Translations under genes and position numbers: made by a program
Shown here: positions 39,901 to 51,200 of the stretch, in pieces
Layout: every line of letters starts with the position of its first letter
How positions within the stretch are numbered: position 1 is the stretch's first letter
Notes under the pieces: model-generated
What the model was told of the DNA's origin: nothing
The model's database searches: none
Seen by the model: only the letters and a program-made list of their open reading frames with translations
Assembly: GCF_964355755.1 (NCBI RefSeq)
Contig: NC_092670.1
Coordinates: 2,036,201 to 2,100,200 of the forward strand
DNA length: 64,000 nt
Direction: 5' to 3'
Source of the DNA: Antedon mediterranea
Taxonomy: Eukaryota; Animalia; Echinodermata

Positions 39901-41359
39901 ATTATTTCAATAAACATTTCTTTAAAACTGAAATTGCTGTTTTTGTTTCTTTTCTTGCATTGCATTATGGGACCTAAATCATATATCTTAAATCTATCGT
40001 ACTGTACGTCAGTTGTAATATATAATATAATAAATAAATATAGGCTACAACTATAATTACAGTACATAGTCTATCATTAAAATTAAAAATTAAAAGCATT
40101 ATTATTATTTATTCAGGCAAAAGATGCATTTTACAAAATATAATACAAATCAACAAATTAAACAAACACGACTCAAGAAGAAATATAAAACCATAGTCAC
40201 TAGCTGCCAGGAAAGCACAAAAGCAGCCTAAGCCACTGTTACCAATTAGGTGTGTATCTCCAACCAGTGACTACTAAATAACTAATAATATAAATAATAT
40301 AGATGATGACTTAAAGTTAAAATATTAAAAGAATTACTTTATTATATTAAGGATATAGTATATATGTAAATGATAAAATAAATTATAAATAAAATTTACA
40401 ATAAATAAAATTTACATTAAGACTAAAACAATTATAATAATTATGAAGCAACAACGTAAAGAAATAGGAAAAAAAATATATGTAGGCCTATGCCTATTTC
40501 TAATTATACAACTCAATAGCCATTGCTTCCAGATACCGTAAATCTTAAATCTTCTAATAGTAACCCACCTTATAAGTCAATCTATAATAATAACCCACTA
40601 CTCTAATAGTAACCCATGGGGGTTACTATTATAGAGTCACACAAACTTATGATGCAGCCGTATTTTGAAAATAAGGAGATAATGCATGTTGATCAGAGTG
40701 GTGGAGGATTGAGTGTTTTTGAGTATATAAAATAAAGTTAGAGTTCAACCAAATTTATTTATTCGTACTGTTTTATTATTTTGTTATGAGTTGCTGACCG
40801 GAAAAGTTGGGGGTGGGTTACTATTTCCAGGTACCTAATTTAAGATTAGTAATAGTGATATATAATATAATATATAGTATAACCCACTACTCTAATAGTA
40901 ACCCACCCTAAAAAACAATCAAAGAATACAGGGTTACAATTAGAAGATTTACGGTAGTAATAACCGATTATCACTAATTACTAATCACTTTTAAAAATAT
41001 ATAAATATCTTTTTCAAATTGACATATTGTGAGATCATCATCTTTATAACAATCTGTAAATTACTTCCTTCTTCATAGCTGAGATTGTTTTAATGTTTGC
41101 AACATTTTACATAAACTTGGTGGTACCTAATGGTCTCAATGCCGGTCATCATCTTACCCCGGAATAGGTATATGTGTTTGCTTTCTTCATAAGAACTGTT
41201 TTCTTATAGAATTACTGCATTAAATATGAAATTCTGTCGGTAAGAATAAAATCAAAAGAAATAATACTTACGGTAATAAACAAATCTAGCACTACATTGG
41301 TAAATTAGCGCAAGTAATAATAGTAATGTAGACGCCAGGTAACTCATCTTAGGCATCAT
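12925..41359 (-). CDS. Giant mosaic extracellular protein (~3,300 aa): SP-(kringle x7, PAN x10, T/P/E linkers)-LDLa x19-EGF2-YWTD-EGF-LDLa x2-EGF2-YWTD-EGF; LRP/VLDLR-like C-terminal half
   Basis: Exons 5'->3': SP 41272-41359 ([29 protein letters not shown]); K 39299-39550, 37736-38002; PAN 37017-37262; linker 36672-36710; PAN 36164-36403, 35729-35971, 35158-35409; linkers 34872-34901, 34669-34707; PAN 33862-34107; linker 33253-33291; PAN 32831-33070; linker 32593-32640; K 32095-32349; PAN 31322-31564; AEPTR linker 30601-30777; PAN 30025-30261; linkers 29794-29841, 28361-28399; PAN 27946-28185; linker 27724-27771; K 27224-27478; PAN 26453-26695; linker 26099-26239; K 25576-25836; linker 24979-25032; K 24457-24717; linker 24100-24216; K 23420-23680; LDLa 22672-22843, 18562-20609; EGF/YWTD 17623-18064, 16877-17098, 16215-16609; EGF+2 LDLa 15401-15763; EGF/YWTD 14787-15222, 14178-14399, 13328-13731; EGF 12925-13050. 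All are GT-AG with compatible phases and I saw no internal stops. The terminal exon is unresolved. Confidence 0.8.
13328..18064 (-). CDS. Two LDLR-type EGF-EGF-YWTD beta-propeller modules separated by EGF + 2 LDLa (part of the giant gene)
   Basis: YWTD-type motifs [35 protein letters not shown], plus WPNGLTID and [16 protein letters not shown]. EGFs [28 protein letters not shown] and [12 protein letters not shown]. Both propellers have the same intron positions. Confidence 0.93.
18562..22843 (-). CDS. Cluster of 19 LDL-receptor class A repeats (part of the giant gene), 17.5 of them in one 2048-bp exon
   Basis: Repeated C-x4-F-x-C..CI..W-x-CDG-x2-DC-x-D-x-SDE-x2-C. Exon 22672-22843 ends in phase 2 (..CIPF AG) and joins 20609 (C CTT GTA TGC). 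Confidence 0.95.
20714..22207 (+). mobile_element. Non-autonomous Helitron in an intron
   Basis: A|TC 5' end (aata|tctatattataag..), (gtct/gttt) microsatellite near the 5' end, internal subrepeats, GC-rich hairpin acccgccc-tg-gggcgggt (22179-22196) just before CTAG|T (22204-22207). Confidence 0.78.
23420..39550 (-). CDS. Array of phase 1-1 kringle, PAN and mucin-like linker exons (part of the giant gene)
   Basis: Kringles: CY..G.DYRG.VS.T.SG..CQ.W..Q.PH.H..LG.HN(F/Y)CR(N/H)PD...WCYTTD...WE.C. PAN: YP.SAI.GHNN..L..V.PEECA..C..ETSF.CRSFDY.....C.LS........GLK.DY.....DHYE. Confidence 0.92.
27010..27205. repeat. ~49-bp intronic tandem repeat x4 (acttgaccactgcgctactgctgttgg..agaagtaggat), duplicated at ~31880-32075
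   Basis: Constant block alternating with two variant spacers (A,B,A,B). Confidence 0.85.
28532..28600 (-). pseudogene. Truncated PAN exon remnant (3' part only)
   Basis: [10 protein letters not shown](T)[12 protein letters not shown]-like with a 1-nt loss and a gtagtt donor, homologous to exon 33862-34107. Its 5' part is replaced by LINE sequence. Confidence 0.75.
28601..29180 (-). mobile_element. CR1/L2-like LINE reverse transcriptase fragment
   Basis: [55 protein letters not shown], with frameshifts and stops. Confidence 0.85.
29372..29704. mobile_element. MITE with TIR taaagatgtattgtcccc / ggggacaatacatcttta (Kolobok-like ends)
   Basis: ~18-bp TIRs. A second homologous copy lies at 57619-57941 in an intron of the plus-strand paralog. 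Confidence 0.78.
34169..34331. mobile_element. Second copy of the palindromic MITE family at 2834
   Basis: gcgtggttctcactagagacgcaatgcaaggacgt..acgtccttgcgttgcgttgcgtcgctagtgggaaccaagc. Confidence 0.7.
40536..40954. mobile_element. Tc1/mariner-like MITE (TA-CCGTAAATCTT..AAGATTTACGG-TA)
   Basis: TA-flanked TIRs and internal taatagtaacccac repeats in both orientations. Confidence 0.72.
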
Positions 41360-42190
41360 GTCCTATAATGTCGAATTACTGTATCGTCTGATCTTCAGTG
41401 AATCGTCTGCTTATAACCGTTCGATACTCATGATCCGGTTACATTGCATCCTCTTGGTGCCTGGTTCTACCTGTTTTTCAGCGCGGCAGGGTACGAAGGA
41501 TGCTCCGAAGGTTAAATAATGTTTTAAATAAGTAAAAGGTCACCTTTTGTGTGGGGTGAAACAAAGGTGGTGAAGATCAATAAAAAAAAAGAAGACACGC
41601 ACACAATCTGGTACCACCTGTATTTACCTTATTTCTTTGTATGCATCATGCAAGGATTAGAATTTAGTAAAATGATGGGGATTAAACTTACAACATACCG
41701 ATACTAGAGAACTAAATAGGCCTAACAACCCAATTATCTATCAGTTGACAAAAAGTGTGATATGCCCAAATATGGTAGTATCGTATGCTATGACATCATC
41801 GTCACATTTGGTTGTCACATAACGTTTGGTAGTGTAGTAAGAGGTCCATGGTAAGAGCTATGTTTAACGCTTCCCGACCCCACCCGCGCATGCCCCCACC
41901 CCTCCCCATCAGGGTTGTTTGGCCAGGCGCCACCTGCACTGATATGGTCACGGAAGACATTGTGGAGGCAATCCGGACCAGATCCCAATTCTGGACCATT
42001 TTTAGGCCGGGGGAAGATGATGAAATGACTTTTTCCTTCTCAACGGAAACTACATAATGTTTATATATAAACAATATACACATTAATACATTAGACAAAA
42101 TAAAAACATTTAGCATGCACAATTAGAAACCATCCTGTCAAAACAAAATTATGGAAACAAATCGTGGAAATCGTTCAAGAGAGAGGATTA

Positions 42191-42413
42191 CCCAGATAGC
42201 AAGTAAACGTTTGATTGGATCCGTTGTTTTATGACCGTTATGTTGATAACGTTGTTATAACGTTGTTTTGACATTTACAAACGTTTTGTAGTGCAAACGT
42301 ATAAATAACGTAAACTGAATGTTTGTATACATGTTTGTAGAACTTCACGATTCAACGTTTCCCATAGAACCGTTAAAGTACAAACGTACATTCAACGTTA
42401 GAAGTACGCTGGG
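42191..42413. mobile_element. Short CCCAG..CTGGG element rich in AACGTT subrepeats (CACTA/EnSpm-like MITE)
   Basis: cccagatagcaagtaaacgtt ... aacgttagaagtacgctggg with multiple aacgtt palindromes. Confidence 0.45.
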
Positions 42414-43249
42414 AAGCTAATCATTTTTAATTTTGGAAGTAAGCTCTTGGCGGAAAAATCTTTGATTTCTCTTGATTTGATTTGAGGTGCTGAGGCGGTT
42501 AAGTTAATAATAACATGGAGGAAATATATCCTCCATGATAATAATAATAATAATAATAATAACACTAATAATAATAATAGCGATTACATGATTATGTTGT
42601 TATGGCGTTTTAAGCAAGATAACTTCCCGTTCATATAAATGATATCTATTCCAAATCAAATCAACCTTGGGTGAATTGACTATTTCTTCCTTTAAAAACA
42701 CAAATAGGTTTTCTTCTCACGCCACAGTACAAAATACATGTACACAGGCATGTAAATAGTAAGGAGACTAGTATTGGATATTAATACGAACAATAAATAT
42801 CATGCATTATAATATTAATTCCACCTCGTTAAAAATAGAGCAGTCGGTCTTTCAACTCATAAAATATTCTCACCATCCAACTACTAAACATTCATTTTTT
42901 GTATAGGCCTAGGCCTACTATTTTATTGAATGAACTCTCTAGACTAGTACACCTCATTTTAAAATAATCAGAAATTTAAACAGTTGAAAACATTCAACTG
43001 TATTTTTATGATAAGCCCTATGGTACCTATTCGTATTAATTTTATTTACTTTAATGATATTAATATTTATATTTGCTAATTAATAGCATTCGAAATGTTG
43101 ACATGCCAATTTCATTTAAATTTGTCATAGCAAAATATTGAAATCAATTGTTTGTAGGCCTAACATATTTATTTTGTTGTAACTGTATTACTGAAGTAAA
43201 TTATTCAAATTATTGTATAGTTGCCTAAGTTATCCAAGTAACGTTCTCT

Positions 43250-44255
43250 TTATCCAAAACATCTTCGTTCATCCGTACCGTCTTTACAGTCGTTCTCGCC
43301 GTCGCACACCCACGATCGCGGAATGCACACTCCAACGTCACACTTATGTTGATCCTCATAACAATCTTTACATAGCGTAGCGCCCTCGTCTGAGTTATCC
43401 GGGCAATCTTTCTCCGCATCACATACGTAACTAAAACAAAAGTAAAATTGACGGAAATGATAACACTACTTTTCAGACATACAAGTTTGCGCCGTACGAA
43501 GATATTTCAAAAGGGAATTATAATTATTTTAATAGCGTCCTCTGGTTTGATTTATTTTTTTATAAAATAGTATAGCGCCATCTATAGTTTAGATATGCTT
43601 TTATAAAAACTTCCAATCGGTTTAATTATTCCCATTTTTTTTTGTCTGAATAGACACAAAAAAGGGGGAAAACAATGAAAAGCCTACTCTTTGTTGATGC
43701 ATTCTCCTGAACTACATGTAAAAAACTTTGAAGAGTCACATCCGCTCGGTGGTGGAGTGTTGTTACCGCCGCCGCCACCACCGTTGCAATTCATCTCATC
43801 GCTTCCACCATCCCAGCAGTCATCATCCCCATCACAAACCCAAATGTCTGGCACGCAAGAAACTGGGCCACTGGCACACTGAAAGTAGTTGTCTGGACAG
43901 TTGCTAGAGAGGCCTACTAAAGAACGAATTAAACGTGTTAGACTAAAATTACGAACAAGAAAGGGGGAAAACAATGAAAAGCCTACTCTTTGTTGATGCA
44001 TTCTCCTGAACTACATGTAAAAAACTTTGAAGAGTTGCGTTGCGCGCACGTCCTTTACTTGCGTAGTGTCCAATGATCGTTGACATTTCAGAGAAATGAG
44101 GTAGTAAGAAATAACAAAAAAATAGCCAATTGTCACATTTATAAGAATGGAAATAAGAACATTAAGTGACCGTTTTGAATCTTACCTCCACTAGCAGTCG
44201 CCAAATTAAATGACAGTGTTACTGTCAATGTTACCAACAATACGATCCCCAACAT
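43250..44255 (-). CDS. Small secreted protein (158 aa) with three LDLa repeats and a Gly/Pro linker
   Basis: Exons 44186-44255 ([23 protein letters not shown], phase 1), 43688-43913 ([69 protein letters not shown]), 43250-43430 ([52 protein letters not shown]). 70+226+181 = 477 nt, in frame. Confidence 0.85.
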
Positions 44256-44629
44256 GTTATTATGTGTGCGCGAAATTGTAATGTATTGTTTTATATTTGT
44301 TCTTACTTATAATCTTATCTTATAGTGAAAATGCCCATCTGCTAAGTCCACGTTGTGTATACTGTTTTATATGTGTTCTCACTTGCTATCTTATCTATAC
44401 TGAAAATGCCCATCTGCCAAGTCCACGTTGCAACAGCCACGAGATATACCGTTACATTTCAAACGTGGACTTTATTATCAGTATTCAATTTGCATTTTTG
44501 TCCCTTAATGTGGCATTGTAATTATGGACCATTTATAATAATAACTTTATTGTAAATGCTATTTATTTAAATGCTATTTATGTACAATATGCTTATAAAT
44601 TAATGCAATACAGTACGTTTATAAAATTG

Positions 44630-44906
44630 ATTTATATATACTGTTATATATATATACTGTTATATAATTATATACTGTTATATATATATACTGTTATATA
44701 TATACTGTTATATATACTGTTATATATACTGTTATATATATACTGTTATATATACTGTTATATATACTGTTATATATACTGTTATATATACTGTTATATA
44801 TACTGTTATGTATACTGTTATATATACTGTTATATATACTGTTATGTATACTGTTATGTATACTGTTATGTATACTGTTATATATAACAGTATATATAAC
44901 AGTATA
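44630..44906. repeat. 12-bp AT-rich minisatellite (actgttatatat)n that flips orientation at ~44881
   Basis: Direct units up to ~44883, then tatataacagtatatataacagtata. Related bits occur at ~45617-45647 and ~55258-55297. Confidence 0.9.
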
Positions 44907-45259
44907 CTACTAATCATATAATGTATAATTCCATATTTATAGACCAGTGTGCTGGTCACTGGTCAAAGGTTTATAAAATAACTATCCACTGACCAATGAA
45001 AACTTTGGATTTTGTAAAAGCAAGCAATAAAAGGAACAAATAAAAAAACATTTTAAAAATCTAAACCCGTATTTTCCATCCAGGTAGCTTTTTCAGGTGG
45101 TTTTGTAATTACGTAGGCCTAATCCCTTTCTATTTATATACACCAACCTATGAATTATATGGAATTAAAATTAAATCAAATATTTGATCCAAAATAAAAG
45201 AACCTCGACCTTATTATATTAACAACCGAGTACATCGGACAGTTTAACGAGAAAAAATA
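44907..45259. repeat. Left arm of a ~350-bp near-perfect inverted repeat (partner 55361-55713)
   Basis: ctactaatcatataatg...gacagtttaacgagaaaaaat is the reverse complement of 55361-55713, with about one indel seen. Confidence 0.93.
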
Positions 45260-45759
45260 TATAATAAAATACACCCCCGCCGTATCGATGGGTTTATTCA
45301 CGGATTACTTTAATACCTCAGTCTGGCCAGAGTGGTTTATTTATTTAATTATTGGTCATCACTTTTTTATTCTGTCCATGATGATTTCCGTCCTCCGAGT
45401 TCAAATGTTTGTCCAGGGTCTGTTTCGAGGTTGATTCCCAAAAACATCGGGCAACGGATTACACCCGTAGGGTAAAGGAATGTTTGGTTAGCGCGAAAAT
45501 CTCATGAATTTCGCATGAGCACGTAAACGTATGACGTCAACATTCTACTCGTCTGCATATTATTAGAGTTGCGTTAACGTACTTAAAGCGTACCTGCTGT
45601 CGTCATTGGATATCATAACAGTATACATAACAGTATATATAACAGTAAACACAAGAGGCAAAGAACATTAATTCTAAACCGCCCGGTGATATACTGAAAT
45701 TTTTAATTAATTAATTTGAAACGATATAGATGAGGAAATCTGTGAGAATGAGAAAAAGT

Positions 45760-45831
45760 CGCTCCAACCGAGACTCGAACTCGGACCGCCTGCTTGATAT
45801 GCAGATGTCCTAACCATTAGACCACTGGGGC
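45760..45831 (-). tRNA. tRNA-like sequence (Asp-like, ATC anticodon), probably a pseudo-tRNA or repeat head
   Basis: GCCCCAGTGGTCTAATGGTTAGGACATCTGCATATCAAGCAGGCGGTCCGAGTTCGAGTCTCGGTTGGAGCG: A and B boxes, T-stem CCGAG/CTCGG, one acceptor mismatch, followed by TTTTT. Confidence 0.5.
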
Positions 45832-46887
45832 TTTCATGGTATTGTTCGAACTCGATTGGATAACGACTCTTTAACATTCTCGGCGTGGTACGGCGGAACA
45901 GCACTAGTCCTCAGTTGTACGCACGCGCAACAGAGATCAAATTGATACGCCCTCATCTGTTATATAATTATATTATACAGATATTGACTGCTTAGAGGTT
46001 AAATATAAGATTTGACATCCCCGAGGGAATGATATTAAGTTCGAGGGAATAAATATTTCCCGAAGCGCCAATAACCGATATAAAAGGCAATATCTGTTAT
46101 ATTATATAGCCAAGAACAAGTCTGCTGGGTTGGGTGAAGCTAGGCTAGCCTATAGGCCTAGGCCTCCTATAGTATTTGCGAAGAATAATATACAGATTTT
46201 ATTTTATTTATTTTTATTTTATTCATTTCGGCAATAAACATAAAATAATAATTACAAAAAAAACATAAAAATATATATATATATATGAAAAACAAAAATA
46301 AAAACAGATAATTAATGATTCCTTGGCAATAAAATATTCACTTAGGCCTAGGTCGTTTAAATTAACAGAAGAATTTCCATCAATAAGCCTATTAATAATA
46401 ATATTATAATCAGGTAGGCCAAATAAACAATTCGTCTTCTTCTCGATCTTCGAGGAGCCGAATCACCGGATGTTCAGCGCGTACTAGTTACTAGGTTACT
46501 ACCGTGAGTATTGACCAATCATAAACGGTGTTTCATCACATTTAGGATGGACTTATAACTATTTCAGTATTTCAGTATTTATTGGTACTCACTTTCGAAT
46601 CAGTGGCACACACCTTTCGGTGGTGCGTCCATACAAATATAAACAACAACATATAAAAGGTAAATGATGATAAAACTTACATAATTAACTTACATTGAAA
46701 AAAAAAAAACAAGACAAAAACAAATGTACAGTAGTAATTGCACACTTGAGTAGATACTTAAAAACAATTGTATAACGAGCAAATCAATAAATCGATGCAA
46801 TAGGTCAGTAGTAAATACACATTTGGGCCTACTTACAAAATGTCAGACAGAAAAAAAATAATACTTATACATAGTAAATAAAAAAAA

Positions 46888-46921
<34 letters not shown>

Positions 46922-48236
46922 AGAATAAAGATACAATAGGTGAACAGTATAAATAATACATAATCATGATAAAATTACTACATAAATCGAAATAAGCACA
47001 ACTATATGTTTATGTACTTGAAATTATAGATATAGCAAACAGCAAGTACAAGATTTTATTTGTTTAATGATTAGTTATTGGTATATCTAACTGGTCTATC
47101 AATGTATAAACTAAATAAGCTAAAATGTCTGACTGAAAAAAAAACAAAAAAAAAAAACAAACTTATACATAGAAAATAAAACTAAAAAACAATTGGATAA
47201 CAGTATAACGATACAATAGGTCAAAAGTATAAATAATACATAATCGTGATTATTTTTACAAAAATCGAGATAAACACAAATAATTATATGTTTATATGTA
47301 TTTGAAGTTAGATAAGCAAATAAACTAGTTTATCAATGTAAAAGCCAAATAGGCTAATTATTGGGGTAATGTTGGTAATTTCTTATATATATCTAACCTG
47401 GTATCCCAAACAACGCCCCAAACGAGTTCGCACAAATAATACAGGATGTTAAAACGAAATCGCCCAGCACATCCATTATATTATCAACAATATGTCCTAG
47501 ACAAGATGTTATGGAACATCAAGGTAGAGTAGATAAACTGAACGAGGAAATCAAAGGAATCGCGTCAAAAGAGGACACTGTAAAATAATTCACAACGACA
47601 CAACCTTCAAACTGTACAATAACGAATGTTACGGAAGCGTTAAAGTGCCATTCACTTGGCGACTTGTCGAGATATTTTATCTTGCCAAGTCGACATAAAT
47701 ATGACTATTATGTCGACATAGTAACCATTATATGTCTACATGGCGAGATAGTTTATCTTGCCAAGTTGACTTCCTAATAACTACATATCGACTAGACTAG
47801 ATAGATTAACTTGCCAAGTTGACTATACTTCGACACTTGGAGCGTCCAAGTGCCATCCATTTGGCGACTTGTCGAGATAATTTATCTTGTCAAGTCGACA
47901 TAAATATGGCTATTATGTCGACATAATAACCATATGTCGACATGACGAGATACATTATCTTGCCAACTTGATTTCCTCATAAATACATGTCGACATGACG
48001 ACATCTAGATTATCTTGCCAAGTTGACTTTTCCAAAGAGTTTATGTCGACATGACATGCTAGACTATCTTGCTAAGTTGACTTCACACAAGAGTGTATAT
48101 CGACATAGGTATAGAAACAACAGCAGAATAAAGATACGTTGCCGCCAAGCAGAACATGTCTTGGCAAGTTGATGCTCAACGCGCGACACACGTGGGAAAA
48201 TCTTTTTACTCGCCACCACATTGACAACCAACCACC

Positions 48237-51200
48237 ATGATGGAAGGTGAAGACATCCCTGTCCTTGTGCATTTTGGCCAGCATGCCAAAAAAATGTTTG
48301 TAAAAAAAAGTAGTGGGAAAATGGAGATATTGGAGAAATGTGCTGAGGTACGTAAGGAAAAATTTAAGCGTCTTTTGTTGCTTATTCTTGATTATGTTTT
48401 GTTTTGTTATTTGCAATTTCTCACTTAACTAGGAGGCCTAGGCCTAGCTAGCCTAGGCTATACTCTATCTATCCTGGGTGACCCTATCCTCCCAGGTCTA
48501 ACTGAAAACAACTTTAAACAACCGTAGGCCACCTTCTGTGTACCATGGCTAGCTTGCCCTGTACTTTATTGTTTGTACTGATTTCCTATTATTAATAGAG
48601 ATACTGTATTATTCATTTTTTTCTTCTTCTGGTTACCCAAATTAAATTTTCATGGTAACATAAACAATCATACAGTCAATCAAGAGGGAAGAGGGCTAAT
48701 ACATTAGTAAATTGATGCAATTCATTCATTTAAATCACAACTGGCAGTTAGTAAAACTGAATTGCATATGATGTACAATTGATAACATGTAAACAGGTAT
48801 ATATAGATAAATGGGGAAAGAAATTAAATTAACAGCCAAATCAAAAGTTGTTGGGTAACAATTATTTAATTATTAATATTATTTTCATTTATTTTATGTT
48901 TTTTATTTCAGTTATTTCCTGAGACAGAAAGCTTTTTTCTTCAAATTTTTGATGATGAGTTTGAAGAATGGGTTGATATAGGTGACACAACCTTAATTGT
49001 CAAAAAGACAGTCCTGAAAATGTTTGAAAAGGGTAAGAACCTAAACATTAATAAATTTTAATGTGATGAGAAGTTATATCATAAAACATAAAATATACAA
49101 ATTTCATCACTCATCAGTTCAGGTAGGCATTACAAATGGAAAAATGAATGGCCTTCTTCAATCAGTAACTGTAACATAAAATTCAGGAATCAGAGGAATA
49201 AACCATGACACAAAAGTGAACCCAAGAGGTTACCAAACCAATCACCAATGTGTGTGTAGGCCTACATGTTATTAACTTGTCTGTTTATTATTGTTGTAAA
49301 TTACAGAAGAAAGACCCAGTAAAAGAGCAGCAGGAGCATCATCATCCTCTGATGATGAAAGAGGTAACCATAAGATGTTTATTTAAATATTAGTCTAAAC
49401 TTTAAAAATGTTCTAGTGTTGGTTACTATAATAACTATTATATAATGTATATTCAGAACAGGAAAATGTTAATTTATTTTCATTCTTCATTGAAATACAT
49501 AATATCTTGTAAAACCAAACAAATTAAAAAGACAAAAAAGCAATAAAAATATTGCTTGCTTATCAACCTTACGCATCCAGAACAAAAAGTTAAAATGATA
49601 ATTAAATATACAATTTCAAGTATCAATAAATCAAACACACATTTAAGAGAATATTAGTGTAACATTTAATTATTTATTCATTCATTTTTTATTTACAGGA
49701 AAGAGTCTGCTGCAAAAAATTTCTAATATCAAAAAAAAATTTAAGACAAAGCAATCAACAAAACCCAAAAAAACAAAACCTGTGGACGTAACAGTACAAA
49801 TGGGCTGGTTGCATTTCAACATAAAAAAGAAGGAGCAATCAAAGGGGGAGGAACTACAACCGTACGCACCAACAGATATTCAACGATTCAAGAAATGATT
49901 GAGTTGGGTACAAACATGTTCTTTCAAAATGGAAATTCCATATTTGGAAAACTTGATCAAATGTCCGTCCATTTAGCAGATTATCGTGCAAATGTTATAG
50001 ATACAGAAGATTGGAGGCTAGATAACATTTTGGAAGCAGGTGTAAAAGTACGCCTGTATCTCTGTTCTAAACTTATAAAGGTAAGAATCATAATTATGTG
50101 TATGATCTATTTGTATACAATATTCCCTTGCCTTCCCATACAATGTATTCTTCCACCTGGCAAGTTGATACATGTGTGTGCTTTTATCAGCATAATATAT
50201 ATTATTATTATGACTTTTTTGTTTTAATTTAGTTTTTTGGTTATTTTATTTGTATTCATTATGTCCAGCTACTGATACCCACAGCATTGTCATTTTTTTC
50301 AGTAATTTGCCTTTGGAATAATTAATAAAAAATAAATAAATATAATATATATAAATAAACACATGTTATATATATTATATAATAAAGCTAAATCAAAACG
50401 ATAAAGTAAAACAGCCAGAACGAAATTGCAGAGATTGGTAAGAACACTACCTTTTCTCAGTGCGAAATATATATCTATTTAAACATTTTAATAGCATACA
50501 ATATTATAGTTTTCAGTTATTTTACATACATTTTTATGCTTAACCTTTAAGGTTGAAACATCCGATGGCAGCTGCAGTGACAGTAGCGAACTGCCCGATC
50601 CAGGATTATTAGGTAATTTTTTTAATTCATTTCATATGATACAAAAACAAAAAATATTATAATACATGTGTGTACTTTTTTTCCAAAATAATAGCAGGGG
50701 TACAGTTTGAAACATTGAATAGCACGATGTTTGTTTTCTTCTTGTTTTGTATTAGATATTTTATGCAGTATCTATATATATAAACCGATATCTTTGTTTT
50801 CAGAATGCAGCAATAATATAGTACAATAATTTGATTTGGGACATTCATTTACAAATTGTTAAAATGAACAGTATAAGTATAAAAGTCGCACATAAAAAAT
50901 CGCAATGGAAAAAATATCAAGGTTTCCAAAACTGACTCATTTGATGGAGAATCATTTGACTGTCTCAGGGTTGTCTTTCTTATTTGTCTGGTGGGACGTA
51001 CTTTATGCTATGTATCATTGTGAAATAGAAATCTTTTGATACATTGTCAAAAATGAACCAATAATTACTTTTAATTAAATTGAAGTTAACTATTACTGTA
51101 GTCAAATCCTAATATTTAATTAAAAGATGCAGGAACTGTGTTTCTACTTATTTCCATAAAATGTTGCTTATCTGCATATGCATTTTATATATCTTCCTGT

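Noticed and set aside
41802-42122. GC-richer ORFs (106 aa minus, 69 aa plus)
   Set aside because: No domain motifs or splice context; they overlap MITE fragments and probable repeat sequence.
44603-44959. YCYI/ITVY repeat ORFs
   Set aside because: Translation of a 12-bp minisatellite.
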